Assembly: GCA_040404045.1 (NCBI GenBank)
Contig: JBBAJN010000002.1
Location: 2,514-66,513, forward strand
Direction: 5' to 3'
Source of the DNA: Chitinophagaceae bacterium
Lineage (GTDB): Bacteria; Bacteroidota; Bacteroidia; Chitinophagales; Chitinophagaceae
Length of the DNA stretch: 64,000 nucleotides
The notes beneath the pieces were generated by a model. It saw only the letters and a program-made list of their open reading frames with translations. It made no database searches and was not told where the DNA came from. Made by a program: the position numbers and the translations under genes. This document shows positions 18,291 to 29,106 of this stretch, piece by piece. Position 1 is the first letter of the stretch. Every line of letters starts with the position of its first letter.

Positions 18291-18748
18291 GCGGTACGTT
18301 TCTTAAGAAGACTAAGGTACTGGTCTTCTTTTCGCCGCATCACCGCCTTGTCGGCTTTTAACTTATCCTTATAGCCGCACAGGTGGAGACACCCGTGGAT
18401 CATGACGCGCCGTAGTTCCTGACCCCGATCAACACCCAGCCCCAATGCATTTTCTTCCACCCTATCGGTACTGATATAAATTTCCCCTGATGTTGGGGCC
18501 CGTTTAGCATTTGTACCCTTTGGCATAGGGTCAGTCAGGTCGAAGGTTATGATATCGGTATAGGTATCATGCTGCAGGAACTCGCGATTAATCTGTATGA
18601 GATACTCGTCTGAACAGAAAACTATGTTCAAGTTCCTGAGGGTTCTACGCTCACGCTCAAATAGTTCCAGCAACAATAGCTTCATTTGTCTCCGTTGGCG
18701 AAACCAGCCTACTTCCTTGATCGCATGAAATGTTATTGTTGCCATCAT
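18287..18748 (-). CDS. ybeY: rRNA maturation RNase YbeY
   Basis: INREFLQHDTYTDIITF, GEIYIS, RVMIHGCLHLCGY (HxxxHxxG). Confidence 0.95.
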   Translation of the reverse strand: MMATITFHAIKEVGWFRQRRQMKLLLLELFERERRTLRNLNIVFCSDEYLIQINREFLQHDTYTDIITFDLTDPMPKGTNAKRAPTSGEIYISTDRVEENALGLGVDRGQELRRVMIHGCLHLCGYKDKLKADKAVMRRKEDQYLSLLKKRTA

Positions 18749-18799
18749 TCAAAAATAATAATACATCAGCAGACGTACCTTTGCACTGAAATTTTAGCC

Positions 18800-19021
18800 A
18801 TGAGATTATCAGAAGTTGCTGTTGGTGTACCGGTGCGAATCAAGGATTTCGAACAGGATGATATCTTCCTGAAGTTGATGGAGATGGGCTTTATCCCGGG
18901 AGAGCGGGTGATGGTTCATCAGGTTGCCCCCTTGGGTGATCCAATTTCCATTGAAGTGGCGGGATATCACCTGAGCCTACGACTGAATGAAGCAGCAAAG
19001 GTTTTTGTGGAAGAAGTGTAA
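18800..19021 (+). CDS. feoA: Ferrous iron transport protein FeoA
   Basis: KLMEMGFIPG...APLGDPISIEV...LSLRLNEA; ATG 18800, with -7 element TACCTTTG upstream. Confidence 0.9.
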   Translation: MRLSEVAVGVPVRIKDFEQDDIFLKLMEMGFIPGERVMVHQVAPLGDPISIEVAGYHLSLRLNEAAKVFVEEV

Positions 19022-19088
19022 GCCAACGCCAAATTTAATGCGCTAAAACATCCCCAAATTTACATAACTTATTGTTTTTCAATTATTT

Positions 19089-19658
19089 ATGAAAATTGGA
19101 CTCTATTTTGGGTCATTTAACCCGGTGCATCATGGTCATTTGATCATCGCAAACCATGTAGTGCAAGAGACGGATCTCCAGCAGGTCTGGTTCGTAATCT
19201 CACCCCAGAATCCGTTCAAACAAAGCCATTCCCTGTTGAATGAATATCATCGTCTCCATCTGGTCCAGTTGGCCATCGAAGGAGAAAAGAACTTGAAAAC
19301 ATCGGATATAGAATTCCGTCTGCCCAAACCATCCTACTCCGTCACCACCCTACAATACCTGGAAGAGAAATATCCCGAACACCAGTTCTCTATTATCATG
19401 GGTAGCGACAGTCTGCAGAATCTGGACAAGTGGCACAACGCAGAAGTGATCATGAACCGATACACCATATATGTATATAAACGTCCAGGCTTCGAGGTGA
19501 GGGAAGATCTGCCTGTCAGGAAAATTGTCCTGGATGCACCCCTGCTTCAAATATCGTCTACCCGTATCCGTGAGTCAATCAAAAAAGGCCTGTCGATCAG
19601 ATACCTGGTTCCCGACAGCGTCAAAGAAGATATCGAAGCGAACCACTACTACAAATAG
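19089..19658 (+). CDS. nadD: Nicotinate-nucleotide adenylyltransferase
   Basis: GLYFGSFNPVHHGH, SPQNPFK, IIMGSD, ISSTRIRE. Confidence 0.96.
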   Translation: MKIGLYFGSFNPVHHGHLIIANHVVQETDLQQVWFVISPQNPFKQSHSLLNEYHRLHLVQLAIEGEKNLKTSDIEFRLPKPSYSVTTLQYLEEKYPEHQFSIIMGSDSLQNLDKWHNAEVIMNRYTIYVYKRPGFEVREDLPVRKIVLDAPLLQISSTRIRESIKKGLSIRYLVPDSVKEDIEANHYYK

Positions 19659-19694
19659 CTGCGCGAAAGGACTCTACGCTTCAGCCGTGTAAAG

Positions 19695-20954
19695 CTAAAA
19701 TATCCACCCCAGCAGTAGACATCCTATGGCAATCAACGGAGCAGGAATTCGCGTGAACATTAAAACGAGGAAGGTCGATCCAATCACGGAGATCTGCATC
19801 ACACTGATCACCTTTCCATCCATGGCGTCTATAAAAGAAATATCCCGGGTAAGATAAATCGTAGACGCCGTCATAATCCCTACTACAGCGGCATTGATGC
19901 CTTTCAACGATCGATATATCCCCTTATATCGCTGCAGGTTCTGCCAGACCGGGAAAAAGAAAAGTACCAACAAGGCGCTAGGCAAAAAAATCCCAATAGC
20001 GCCGATCACACAACCCAACAACTGCATTTGATAACCGGAACTGCGTAAAGACAGTCCGCCAATAAATGAAGCTATCGAAAACACGGGGCCCGGTATCGCC
20101 CTAACCACACCGGCTCCGGTAAGAAACTCCTCCTGCTCCATCCGGATCACATTCTGGTTCTTCTCCATGATCCGCCTGGACGTTGGACGAACAACATACT
20201 GCTCATACATCATCGGAATCAACACATCCCCACCACCAAATACGATACTGCCAAAACGATACTGGTTCTCAAAAAGGTTGAAGACCTTCCTGTTCTCCCA
20301 TTCCTGCTTTCGGGAAACCTCCGACAGCACACCACCAATAATGAAAATGAAAAAAAAGATCAGGAGGTTACCCCATCTTACCGGCTTATAATTGGAACTC
20401 GCATCTCTCTTTTGCTCACGGTCCGTCAGGGATGACACCAGGCCCCCCAGAATAATAACTATCGGAAAAATCCAGGGTGATCTGAAAAAATAATAAGTCA
20501 CTACCATGGAACACACCATGATATATCTTGCCATCCTATTCCTAACCACCAGCGTAAATGCCCTGAAACTGGCAAATGCCAGAAAGCCAACCGCCATGGG
20601 CTGAATGAACTTGAAGATATCTGTATTGATACGGTTCCTCTCGATATATTCGATCAGGAACGATAAGCTTCCCATCAGTATACAAGCTGGCATTATCCAT
20701 ACCAGCAACGTAACCAGCGCAAGTGGCAACCTGCCCCGCTTGAATCCGATCAACGTAAGGGTTTGGGTGGAAGACGCGCCTGGCAGCAACTGGCAGAAGG
20801 CATTATACTGAAGCAGTTCATCTTCCGTAAGATCTTTCCGCTCGTGAACAAAGGTTTTCAACATCATCCCCATATGACCCTGCGGACCACCGAAAGCGGT
20901 AATCGAATGCAGGAACACAGCCCGTAAAAAAGGTATATGACGAAGAATATTCAA
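19695..20954 (-). CDS. chrA: Chromate efflux transporter, ChrA family
   Basis: Duplicated motifs TAFGGPQGH / LLPGASST and [11 protein letters not shown] / AIPGPVFS. Confidence 0.88.
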   Translation of the reverse strand: MNILRHIPFLRAVFLHSITAFGGPQGHMGMMLKTFVHERKDLTEDELLQYNAFCQLLPGASSTQTLTLIGFKRGRLPLALVTLLVWIMPACILMGSLSFLIEYIERNRINTDIFKFIQPMAVGFLAFASFRAFTLVVRNRMARYIMVCSMVVTYYFFRSPWIFPIVIILGGLVSSLTDREQKRDASSNYKPVRWGNLLIFFFIFIIGGVLSEVSRKQEWENRKVFNLFENQYRFGSIVFGGGDVLIPMMYEQYVVRPTSRRIMEKNQNVIRMEQEEFLTGAGVVRAIPGPVFSIASFIGGLSLRSSGYQMQLLGCVIGAIGIFLPSALLVLFFFPVWQNLQRYKGIYRSLKGINAAVVGIMTASTIYLTRDISFIDAMDGKVISVMQISVIGSTFLVLMFTRIPAPLIAIGCLLLGWIF

Positions 20955-21035
20955 AAGCAGATTTGGTTGGCTGAATTTAATACTCTCCTCCCACTATGCC
21001 AATTTCATCACTAAATTGCAGAAGATTAAGAGCCA

Positions 21036-22061
21036 ATGAAAATTTCCATCGCCGCCCTCCTGATCATCCTCCTGTCCACTAACGCCTGTTCACCGTCCTA
21101 CTACAAAAAACTTTCAAAATCAAAATGGCAACAAACATTGGTCAACATTCCGGACTACAGCAACCTGCAATACTGGGCTGCCCATCCCCATAAAATTGAT
21201 CCTTCAGATAGCGTTCCCGCCCCCTTTCGGAATCAATGGCGCGATAGTGCCGTTGACGTATTTTTTATCCATCCGACCACTTTCACTGACCCAGCCCGTA
21301 TAGAAGAATTCAACGCCAAGCTGACGGACGATAGCCTAAACATTAAAACCGACTATACCAGCATTCTTTACCAGGCCAGCGTTTTTAATGGCGATTGCCG
21401 CGTATTCGCCCCCCGATACCGTCAAGCCCATATAGGTATGTACAGGTACAAGGATACGGCCAGGGCATGGCAAGCGTTCGACACTGCATACGCAGATATA
21501 CGGGCCGCTTTTATACACTACCTTGAAAAATATAAAGGCCGTCCGATCATCATCGCATCACATAGCCAGGGAACCCAACACGCCAAACGATTACTAAAGG
21601 AGTTCTTCGACGGACAAACCCTCGGAAACCGGCTCGTGGCCGCATACCTACTGGGTATCCCGGTAGACCAGCAGGAATTCAATGATATCCCTGTTTGCAG
21701 GGACTCCACCCAAACCGGGTGCTTCGTCAGCTGGCGCACATTCAGGCGCAATTTCGAAGGACCGGAATATATTGCACGAGAAACACCAAAGTCCGTAGTC
21801 AATCCCCTAACCTGGAAAGCCGATACCGGCTACGCCGCTTCCAGCCTGCACAAGGGAGCCATACTATACAAATTCAATAAGCTCATCAAAAGCCCGAACG
21901 ATGCACAGGTTCACGACAACATCCTGTGGGTAAGCCGACCAAAATTTCCAGGTGCATCATTCTATAAAACAAAAAACTACCACGCGGGCGACTATAATCT
22001 GTTTTACCAAAATATCCGCGAGGACATCCGAAGGCGCATTGGATTTTTCTGGAAAAGGTGA
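21036..22061 (+). CDS. DUF3089 alpha/beta-hydrolase, probable lipoprotein
   Basis: Lipobox NA/C; DVFFIHPTT, FAPRYRQA, nucleophile elbow ASHSQG, YHAGDYNLFY. Confidence 0.82.
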   Translation: MKISIAALLIILLSTNACSPSYYKKLSKSKWQQTLVNIPDYSNLQYWAAHPHKIDPSDSVPAPFRNQWRDSAVDVFFIHPTTFTDPARIEEFNAKLTDDSLNIKTDYTSILYQASVFNGDCRVFAPRYRQAHIGMYRYKDTARAWQAFDTAYADIRAAFIHYLEKYKGRPIIIASHSQGTQHAKRLLKEFFDGQTLGNRLVAAYLLGIPVDQQEFNDIPVCRDSTQTGCFVSWRTFRRNFEGPEYIARETPKSVVNPLTWKADTGYAASSLHKGAILYKFNKLIKSPNDAQVHDNILWVSRPKFPGASFYKTKNYHAGDYNLFYQNIREDIRRRIGFFWKR

Positions 22062-22092
22062 TTTAAACGCTTCAATTTTGTACCTTAACCAT

Positions 22093-22917
22093 ATGAAAAC
22101 CATCATCGTTCCAACCGACTTTTCTCCGGTCTCTGTCAATGCCCTTCATTATGCCATCAATATGGCAAAGGAAATTGGCTGCACGGTCACCCTATTCCAT
22201 GCCTACCAGATCCCGGTTGCATTCAGCGAAGTTCCTGTTGTCACCATCAGCATGGAAGAGATGCAAAAACAGACGGATGATAAACTAATGGAGTTGAAAA
22301 AAAATGTGGAACATCTTACCTCGGGCGACGTCACTATTCATATCAAGTACGCCCTGGGTGACACGGTTGAAGAACTCGAAAAACTCTGTAATCAAGAGAA
22401 CGTCTTCTCTGTAGTGATGGGGACCCGTGGCGCCGGAGCGATGGAAGTTCTTTTCCTTGGCAGTACCACCCTTTCTGCAGTCAACCACCTCCATGTTCCG
22501 GTCATGATCATTCCCCCCGGAGCCCGATTCCGTCCCATTCAAAAAATTGGTTTTGCATGCGACTATTCCCAAGTGGCAGCATCTACACCTATAAAAGAGA
22601 TCAGCGAGTTGTGTAAGATCTTTGGCGCAGAATTGAAAGTGCTGAATGTTGACTATGAAAACAGGAAATTTACCGCAGAGGTTCCGCTCGCACTCACGAA
22701 AGTGTACGAACTTCTTGAACCACTAAATCCCGAATATCATTTTATCGACGACCCCGATATCGAAGATGGCATCAACAAATTCGCTGATACCCATGGCATT
22801 GATATGCTGATCACCATTCCTAAAAAGCATCGCCTGCTTGATGGTATTTTCAGGAAAAGTCGTACCCGCGAACTGGCGCTGCATGCGCACGTTCCCATTG
22901 TTGCCATCCACGAATAA
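22093..22917 (+). CDS. Universal stress protein (tandem Usp domains)
   Basis: MKTIIVPTDFS, VVMGTRG...LFLGSTT, second domain KIGFACD; real start ATG 22093. Confidence 0.92.
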   Translation: MKTIIVPTDFSPVSVNALHYAINMAKEIGCTVTLFHAYQIPVAFSEVPVVTISMEEMQKQTDDKLMELKKNVEHLTSGDVTIHIKYALGDTVEELEKLCNQENVFSVVMGTRGAGAMEVLFLGSTTLSAVNHLHVPVMIIPPGARFRPIQKIGFACDYSQVAASTPIKEISELCKIFGAELKVLNVDYENRKFTAEVPLALTKVYELLEPLNPEYHFIDDPDIEDGINKFADTHGIDMLITIPKKHRLLDGIFRKSRTRELALHAHVPIVAIHE

Positions 22918-22920
22918 CAA

Positions 22921-24357
22921 CTAGAATTCGGCCGACTTCGGTGTCCTTGGGAAAGGAATCACGTCGCGGATATTAGTCATTCCGGTAACAAACTGGACCA
23001 TACGCTCAAACCCAAGCCCAAAGCCACTATGGGGAACCGTACCGAACCTGCGTGTATCGAGATACCACCAGAGTTCATCGGTTGGAATATGCATCTCGCC
23101 CATGCGCTCCACCAGTTTGTCGAGACGTTCTTCACGCTGCGATCCACCAACGATCTCGCCAATCCCCGGGGCTAAAATATCCATCGCGGCTACGGTTTTT
23201 CCATCGTCGTTCTGGCGCATGTAGAACGCCTTGATATGCTTGGGATAGTTGCGCACAATGACCGGTTTTTTGAAATGCTTCTCCACCAGGTAGCGTTCGT
23301 GTTCGCTCTGCATATCGATTCCCCAACTGACATCATACTGGAACTTCTTTTTCTTATAGGCCGGTGACTGCAACAGGATATCAATAGCCTCTGTATAGGT
23401 GATGCGCTCAAAATCATTGTTCAGCACAAACTCCAGCTTCTCGATCAAACCCAGCTCACTTCGTTTATCCTGCGGCAATTGCTTCTCCTCCTCAGCCTGA
23501 CGCTGGGCCAGGAATTCCAGATCCTCCCGGTTATGCTCCATCACATAAGCGATCAGGTATTTGATAAACGACTCTGCCAGGTTCATGTTATCCTCTATAT
23601 CATAGAATGCCATCTCCGGTTCAATCATCCAGAACTCTGCCAGATGCCGCGACGTATTAGAGTTTTCCGCACGAAACGTTGGACCAAACGTGTAGATCTC
23701 TCCAAAGGCCGTAGCAGCCAACTCGCCCTCCAATTGCCCGCTCACCGTAAGGTTAGTGGCCTTGCCGAAAAAGTCGTCCTTAAAATTGATGGAACCATCG
23801 TCGTTTCGGGGAGGATTGTCAAAAGGAAGGGTGGAAACCCGGAACATCTCACCGGCCCCCTCCGCATCGCTGCCGGTAATGATGGGCGTATGTATATAGA
23901 CAAAACCACGTTCGTTATAAAACTTGTGAATGGCAAAAGCCAACGCATGACGGACCCGAAAGACGGATCCGAACGTATTGGTCCTGAACCGGAGATGCGC
24001 AATCTCCCGCAGGAACTCCAGGCTGTGCTTCTTCGGTTGAAGCGGGTATTTCTCTGCATCGGAATCGCCCAGGATCTCAATGCTGCCGGCCTTGAGCTCC
24101 ATTTTCTGCCCCTTTCCCATGGAGGGAACAAGCACACCATTTACCCTGATGGCCGCACTGGTGGTTACCCTTTTGAGCAGTTCTTCATCAAACTTACCCA
24201 GCTCAACCACCACCTGCAGGTTGGTATTAGTAGAACCATCGTTCAAAGCAATAAACTGATTGTTCCTGAATGTTTTAACCCAGCCCATAACAGTCACCTG
24301 CTGCTCTGTGGCCTCCCCTTCTAACAGGGTTTTTATCTTGGATCTCTGATTAAACAT
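22921..24357 (-). CDS. asnS: Asparagine--tRNA ligase
   Basis: [64 protein letters not shown]; ATG 24357. Confidence 0.98.
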   Translation of the reverse strand: MFNQRSKIKTLLEGEATEQQVTVMGWVKTFRNNQFIALNDGSTNTNLQVVVELGKFDEELLKRVTTSAAIRVNGVLVPSMGKGQKMELKAGSIEILGDSDAEKYPLQPKKHSLEFLREIAHLRFRTNTFGSVFRVRHALAFAIHKFYNERGFVYIHTPIITGSDAEGAGEMFRVSTLPFDNPPRNDDGSINFKDDFFGKATNLTVSGQLEGELAATAFGEIYTFGPTFRAENSNTSRHLAEFWMIEPEMAFYDIEDNMNLAESFIKYLIAYVMEHNREDLEFLAQRQAEEEKQLPQDKRSELGLIEKLEFVLNNDFERITYTEAIDILLQSPAYKKKKFQYDVSWGIDMQSEHERYLVEKHFKKPVIVRNYPKHIKAFYMRQNDDGKTVAAMDILAPGIGEIVGGSQREERLDKLVERMGEMHIPTDELWWYLDTRRFGTVPHSGFGLGFERMVQFVTGMTNIRDVIPFPRTPKSAEF

Positions 24358-24592
24358 GGCGCAAAGATAATATGGTAAATGCCCTTCCGGCTTCAAATTT
24401 TAATATTTGAGTACGACTAATAATTTGGCTTTTTGGGAGAAATGGCGTAAAATTGTGCCGGATATCCACTGGTCGACCTCATTTTTCTTTCCCCGAAGCG
24501 CACCAGTAATAACCAATCACCGTTAATATCAACTCAATTTTTCAATTCCGGTACTGGCCAAATCCCATGTTGCCATTTTTTCAATTCACCTT

Positions 24593-26281
24593 ATGTACGA
24601 TATTCTACAATTGAACGACATGCTCGTTCCCGAGTTGCTTGATATAGCAGAACAACTCAAAATGGCTAATGCCAAGAAACTGAGTAAACAGGAACTGATC
24701 TACAAAATCCTTGATAAGCAGGCCTTGACGAATAGCGAAAATATGGACAAATCGAAAGATGATAAGAATAAGAAGAAGCGTATTGTAAAAGCTACCACCT
24801 CTAACTCAACTGAGGAGGCTATTGTTGAATCCGACGAACCGGCGCAAAAAGAAAAGCCAATCAGGCAACTCCGTAAAAAATCTGACGCGCCTCCAGCCGT
24901 TGCACCTGCACCTGCGGCGAAGCCAGTAACGGATACACCTCCTGCAGCCCAGCCTAAGAAAATTGAACGTAAACCCGCAAAGAAAAAACCGCTTGAGGAA
25001 ACACAATCTGTCATCCCTGACCTGATCGATAATGATGACCAACCGGACATTGACGTTCAAGAAGTAAATAATGAACAACAGGCTGGTGAAAACGAACTTA
25101 ACCAGGAGCCTGCAGGCCCAACCAAGCAATTCAACATTCGCCGCCAGGAAACATTCAATATCGAATTTGACGGTATCATCATGAGTGAAGGTGTGCTGGA
25201 AATGATGCCTGATGGATATGGCTTCTTGCGCAGCAGCGACTACAACTACCTGTCCTCCCCTGATGATATTTATGTTTCCCCTTCGCAGATCAAATTATTT
25301 GGTCTGAAAACCGGTGACACGGTCTATGGATCCGTCCGTCCACCTAAAGAAGGTGAAAAATATTTTGCATTGCTGAAGGTCGAAACAATGAACGGCAGAT
25401 CTCCTGAAGAAGTCAGGGACCGTGTTCCATTCGACTACCTCACACCGCTTTTCCCGTACGAAAAACTGAATTTATATACCAGCCCTACGATCTATTCCAC
25501 CAGGATGATGGACCTGTTTTCTCCCATCGGAAAAGGACAGCGTGGACTGATCGTTGCCCAGCCTAAAGTGGGCAAAACCGTGCTGTTGAAAGATGTGGCG
25601 AACGCCATCGCTGCCAATCATCCGGAATGCTACCTCATGGTGGTGCTGATTGATGAAAGGCCTGAAGAGGTGACCGATATGGAACGTAGCGTAAATGCCG
25701 AGGTGATCGCATCTACCTTTGATGAACCAGCCGAGAAACATGTTAAAGTCTCTGGTATGGCCCTCCAAAAAGCGAAGCGCCTGGTTGAGTGCGGACACGA
25801 CGTAGTGATCCTCCTCGACTCTATCACCAGGCTGGCACGGGCACATAATACCGTTGCGCCTTCATCAGGTAAAGTATTATCTGGTGGTGTGGAAGCTAAT
25901 GCCATGCAAAAACCAAAACAATTCTTTGGTGCAGCCCGGAAGATCGAGAACGGCGGTTCGCTCACCATCATCGCTACAGCCCTGATAGACACAGGAAGCA
26001 AAATGGATGAAGTGATCTTTGAAGAATTTAAAGGAACAGGTAACATGGAATTGCAGCTGGACAGGCGACTGGCGAATAAGCGGATCTTCCCTGCCATCGA
26101 CCTTCCATCTTCATCTACACGCCGTGAGGACCTCCTGCTGGATAAAGACACGCTTCAAAGGATGTGGCTGCTCAGAAACCATCTTGCAGACATGAATGCT
26201 GAAGAAGCCATGCAGTTGCTGATGAAGAACATGCGTGGTACCAAAGACAACGCAGAGTTCCTCGCCAGTATGAACAGGTAA
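24593..26281 (+). CDS. rho: Transcription termination factor Rho with long N-terminal disordered insertion
   Basis: [59 protein letters not shown]. Confidence 0.98.
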   Translation: MYDILQLNDMLVPELLDIAEQLKMANAKKLSKQELIYKILDKQALTNSENMDKSKDDKNKKKRIVKATTSNSTEEAIVESDEPAQKEKPIRQLRKKSDAPPAVAPAPAAKPVTDTPPAAQPKKIERKPAKKKPLEETQSVIPDLIDNDDQPDIDVQEVNNEQQAGENELNQEPAGPTKQFNIRRQETFNIEFDGIIMSEGVLEMMPDGYGFLRSSDYNYLSSPDDIYVSPSQIKLFGLKTGDTVYGSVRPPKEGEKYFALLKVETMNGRSPEEVRDRVPFDYLTPLFPYEKLNLYTSPTIYSTRMMDLFSPIGKGQRGLIVAQPKVGKTVLLKDVANAIAANHPECYLMVVLIDERPEEVTDMERSVNAEVIASTFDEPAEKHVKVSGMALQKAKRLVECGHDVVILLDSITRLARAHNTVAPSSGKVLSGGVEANAMQKPKQFFGAARKIENGGSLTIIATALIDTGSKMDEVIFEEFKGTGNMELQLDRRLANKRIFPAIDLPSSSTRREDLLLDKDTLQRMWLLRNHLADMNAEEAMQLLMKNMRGTKDNAEFLASMNR

Positions 26282-26313
26282 AACGAAAAAGCAAAAAGCA
26301 TTTTTTAAACGAG

Positions 26314-27363
26314 ATGCCAATTGAAAAAATAGATATTGCACGTTTCTTATCAATGACCGGTCTTCCGGTCATTGACGTTAGAAGTCCTGCCGAATTTGAA
26401 CAGGCCAGGATCCCGGGCGCATATTCTTTGCCCTTATTCTCCAACGAGGAACGGAAAATCGTAGGTACCGCATACAAACAACAGAGCCGTGAACAGGCCA
26501 TTAAAATCGGACTCGATTTCTTTGGTGTGAAGATGAGGAAGATGGTGGAGGAGGTTGAATCACTCACGAAGAAATCTGACAATAAACAAGTGGTGGTCCA
26601 CTGCTGGCGCGGGGGTATGAGAAGTGCAGGCGTTGCCTGGCTGCTGGACCTCTACGGATTTAAAGTATACACCCTGATCGGCGGATACAAAACATACCGG
26701 CACTGGGTGCTTGACTTCCTGAAACAGGACCATAACTTCCAGATCCTTGGGGGCTATACCGGCTCTGGTAAAACGGAGATCCTCCATTTTTTAAAGAACC
26801 TGGGCGAGTCCATCATTGACCTCGAACATCTTGCCCATCATAAAGGCTCCGCCTTTGGCGCCATTGGACAGCCCAAACAACCAGCACAGGAAATGTTCGA
26901 AAACCTCCTGGCGCAAGCGATCTTCGAAGAAGAAAACAAAGGCGTTCCCATCTGGCTCGAAGACGAAAGCCAACGCCTCGGCCATATCAACCTGCCGCAA
27001 GACCTATGGACCATCATCAGGTCAAAGCCCGTTCATTTTGTCAACTTGGCTTTTGAACAACGACTGGATTACATCGTTACCCATTATGGCAAACTACCCA
27101 AGGCAGATCTTGCCAGCGCGATCACCCGAATACAAAAAAGACTTGGCGGACTGGAAACAAAAACAGCACTTAACTTTTTAATCGAAGGCAATATCAAAGA
27201 GGCGTTCAGGGTGTTATTAGCCTACTACGACAAACAATACCAAAAGGCCTTGTACAACCGCCCGGAAAAAGATAAACTGATCAACAACATTGAAGGACCC
27301 GAGCCTGGTGCAGAACAAACGGCAAAACTGGTCCTGGAAATAAAAAAGACCATCAATGCCTGA
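26314..27363 (+). CDS. mnmH: tRNA 2-selenouridine(34) synthase MnmH/SelU
   Basis: Rhodanese domain IDVRSPAEF...[10 protein letters not shown]-loop [21 protein letters not shown]; overlaps selD. Confidence 0.95.
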   Translation: MPIEKIDIARFLSMTGLPVIDVRSPAEFEQARIPGAYSLPLFSNEERKIVGTAYKQQSREQAIKIGLDFFGVKMRKMVEEVESLTKKSDNKQVVVHCWRGGMRSAGVAWLLDLYGFKVYTLIGGYKTYRHWVLDFLKQDHNFQILGGYTGSGKTEILHFLKNLGESIIDLEHLAHHKGSAFGAIGQPKQPAQEMFENLLAQAIFEEENKGVPIWLEDESQRLGHINLPQDLWTIIRSKPVHFVNLAFEQRLDYIVTHYGKLPKADLASAITRIQKRLGGLETKTALNFLIEGNIKEAFRVLLAYYDKQYQKALYNRPEKDKLINNIEGPEPGAEQTAKLVLEIKKTINA

Positions 27364-28414
27364 AACAACTGAAAAAATACGACTTACCCAATACTCACAC
27401 GGAGCTGGATGTGGCTGCAAAATATCGCCTATGCTGCTTGAAAAGATCCTGCATTCGAATTTCGCTATGCCGGATAACGACAAGCTCATTGTTGGTAACC
27501 ACAGCAAGGACGATGCCGCGGTGCTTGATCTCGGCAACGGCACCGCATTGATCTCCACCACAGACTTCTTCATGCCCATTGTAGACGATCCATTTCAATT
27601 TGGAAGGATCGCCTCAGCGAATGCCATCAGCGACGTATACGCCATGGGCGGTAAGCCCGTTTTGGCGATCGCCATTCTGGGCTGGCCCATCAACGTTCTT
27701 GGTCCTGAAATAGCGCGCCTCGTTATTGAGGGTAGCAGAAGCATTTGCATGGAGGCCGGTATTCCACTTGCAGGTGGACACAGCATCGATTCCCCGGAAC
27801 CCATATTCGGCCTTGCCGTGAATGGCCTGGTATCCACCTCGGCTATCAAACAAAACAATACAGCCCGCGAAGGGGATTACCTGTTCCTCACTAAGCGTCT
27901 GGGTGTTGGCATCCTTACTACTGCAGAAAAGAAGGGTATCCTGAAAGCTGGCCATGAACAACTTGCAGCAGAACAGATGATGCAATTGAACAAGGTCGGC
28001 GAACGATTGGGCACCATCGCATCCGTCAACGCGATGACCGATGTAACCGGATTCGGCCTGCTTGGACACCTGATTGAAATGGCGGAGGGAAGCGGCTTGT
28101 CGGCCGAAGTTACCCTTCAAAACGTACCACTGATCACCAGCGACCTGGCAGACTATATAGATATGAAAGCGGTGCCCGGTGGCACCAATCGCAACCTGGA
28201 CAGCTACGGTTCAAAATGCAGGATCGTAAGTGAACAAACCTTAGCCAAATCGATACTCGCAGATCCCCAGACCAGTGGCGGACTGTTGATCGCTGTCAGC
28301 CCCGAAGGGATCAACGAAGTGCGTGATGTATTGACAGCGTTTGGGCTTTCTGATTTCATCAACCCCATTGGACGGATCATCCGTAAGGGCGACTACATAG
28401 TGGAAGTTAACTAG
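27356..28414 (+). CDS. selD: Selenide, water dikinase SelD (Cys form)
   Basis: [61 protein letters not shown]. Confidence 0.97.
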   Translation: MPETTEKIRLTQYSHGAGCGCKISPMLLEKILHSNFAMPDNDKLIVGNHSKDDAAVLDLGNGTALISTTDFFMPIVDDPFQFGRIASANAISDVYAMGGKPVLAIAILGWPINVLGPEIARLVIEGSRSICMEAGIPLAGGHSIDSPEPIFGLAVNGLVSTSAIKQNNTAREGDYLFLTKRLGVGILTTAEKKGILKAGHEQLAAEQMMQLNKVGERLGTIASVNAMTDVTGFGLLGHLIEMAEGSGLSAEVTLQNVPLITSDLADYIDMKAVPGGTNRNLDSYGSKCRIVSEQTLAKSILADPQTSGGLLIAVSPEGINEVRDVLTAFGLSDFINPIGRIIRKGDYIVEVN

Positions 28415-28652
28415 TTTGTTTTACCACAAAGGTATCTATCCTTTGTGCGAGCCTTCTATCCTTGTCCGTTACTATGTTCCCTGCGTCGTGGGTTGATAGC
28501 CAAACCTCAACAGTGTTGTACACATTTGTCCACCTGGGATGGTGGTCCATCTTTTCAGCCTCCATGGCCACCCTGGTCATAAAGGCAAATGCTTCTGAAA
28601 AGTTTATGAATTGAAATCTCCTGTAAAGAGTATTGTCTTTTTCTTCCCACAT
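28407..28652 (-). CDS. Pterin-4-alpha-carbinolamine dehydratase
   Basis: [12 protein letters not shown]...[13 protein letters not shown]...THDAG..TDKD. Confidence 0.93.
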   Translation of the reverse strand: MWEEKDNTLYRRFQFINFSEAFAFMTRVAMEAEKMDHHPRWTNVYNTVEVWLSTHDAGNIVTDKDRRLAQRIDTFVVKQTS

Positions 28653-28668
28653 AGTTTGTGATTTATCG

Positions 28669-29106
28669 TCAGAAAATCAAATGCCCCTTGTTCTTGATCT
28701 TATCGGTTGGCAACTCCATCACCAGCTGCACACCCGGGATCATCTTCACAGATTGTACCATTGCGTCAATCAGATCGTCGTTCACCTGGTCGCCTGTCAG
28801 CAGCCATAAAAAATCGAGGTGCTTGAATTCCGGTAAAAGATACTCCCCATCGTACTGGTTATTATACAAATAATGCACCAGTGTACTTGCCGGTTCACGG
28901 TACTCGTAGATGGTAAAGAAATAGTTTCTGCCTTTTCGCTTCAGCGTGATCTCTATGTCGTGGTTAGCCCTGAAATTGATCTGCATGCCCTGATTCAGCT
29001 GCCAGCAAAACTGATAGTCAGCAAGTGGTCCAACAATACCAAGCAACCGGGTTCCCTCAAAGAACTCTTCGGCCAGGGCATCATTATCTACTTTAAGTCT
29101 GATCAT
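28669..29106 (-). CDS. IPExxxVDY-family protein (Bacteroidota conserved, function unknown)
   Basis: YQFCWQLN...[14 protein letters not shown] pattern. Confidence 0.7.
   Translation of the reverse strand: MIRLKVDNDALAEEFFEGTRLLGIVGPLADYQFCWQLNQGMQINFRANHDIEITLKRKGRNYFFTIYEYREPASTLVHYLYNNQYDGEYLLPEFKHLDFLWLLTGDQVNDDLIDAMVQSVKMIPGVQLVMELPTDKIKNKGHLIF

Noticed and set aside
18283-18298. parS-like TGTTTCACGCGGTACG
   Set aside because: Only the left half matches (about 12/16) and it lies in the ybeY/CAP coding overlap.
18686-18799. N-terminal extension of FeoA in the track, and similar extensions for usp, asnS, suhB, recX and GT2
   Set aside because: They overlap neighbouring genes or promoters; downstream starts match the family N-termini.
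27383-27412. Possible selenocysteine codon in the SelD active-site motif
   Set aside because: Codons are TGT-GGC-TGC (Cys-Gly-Cys); there is no in-frame TGA.
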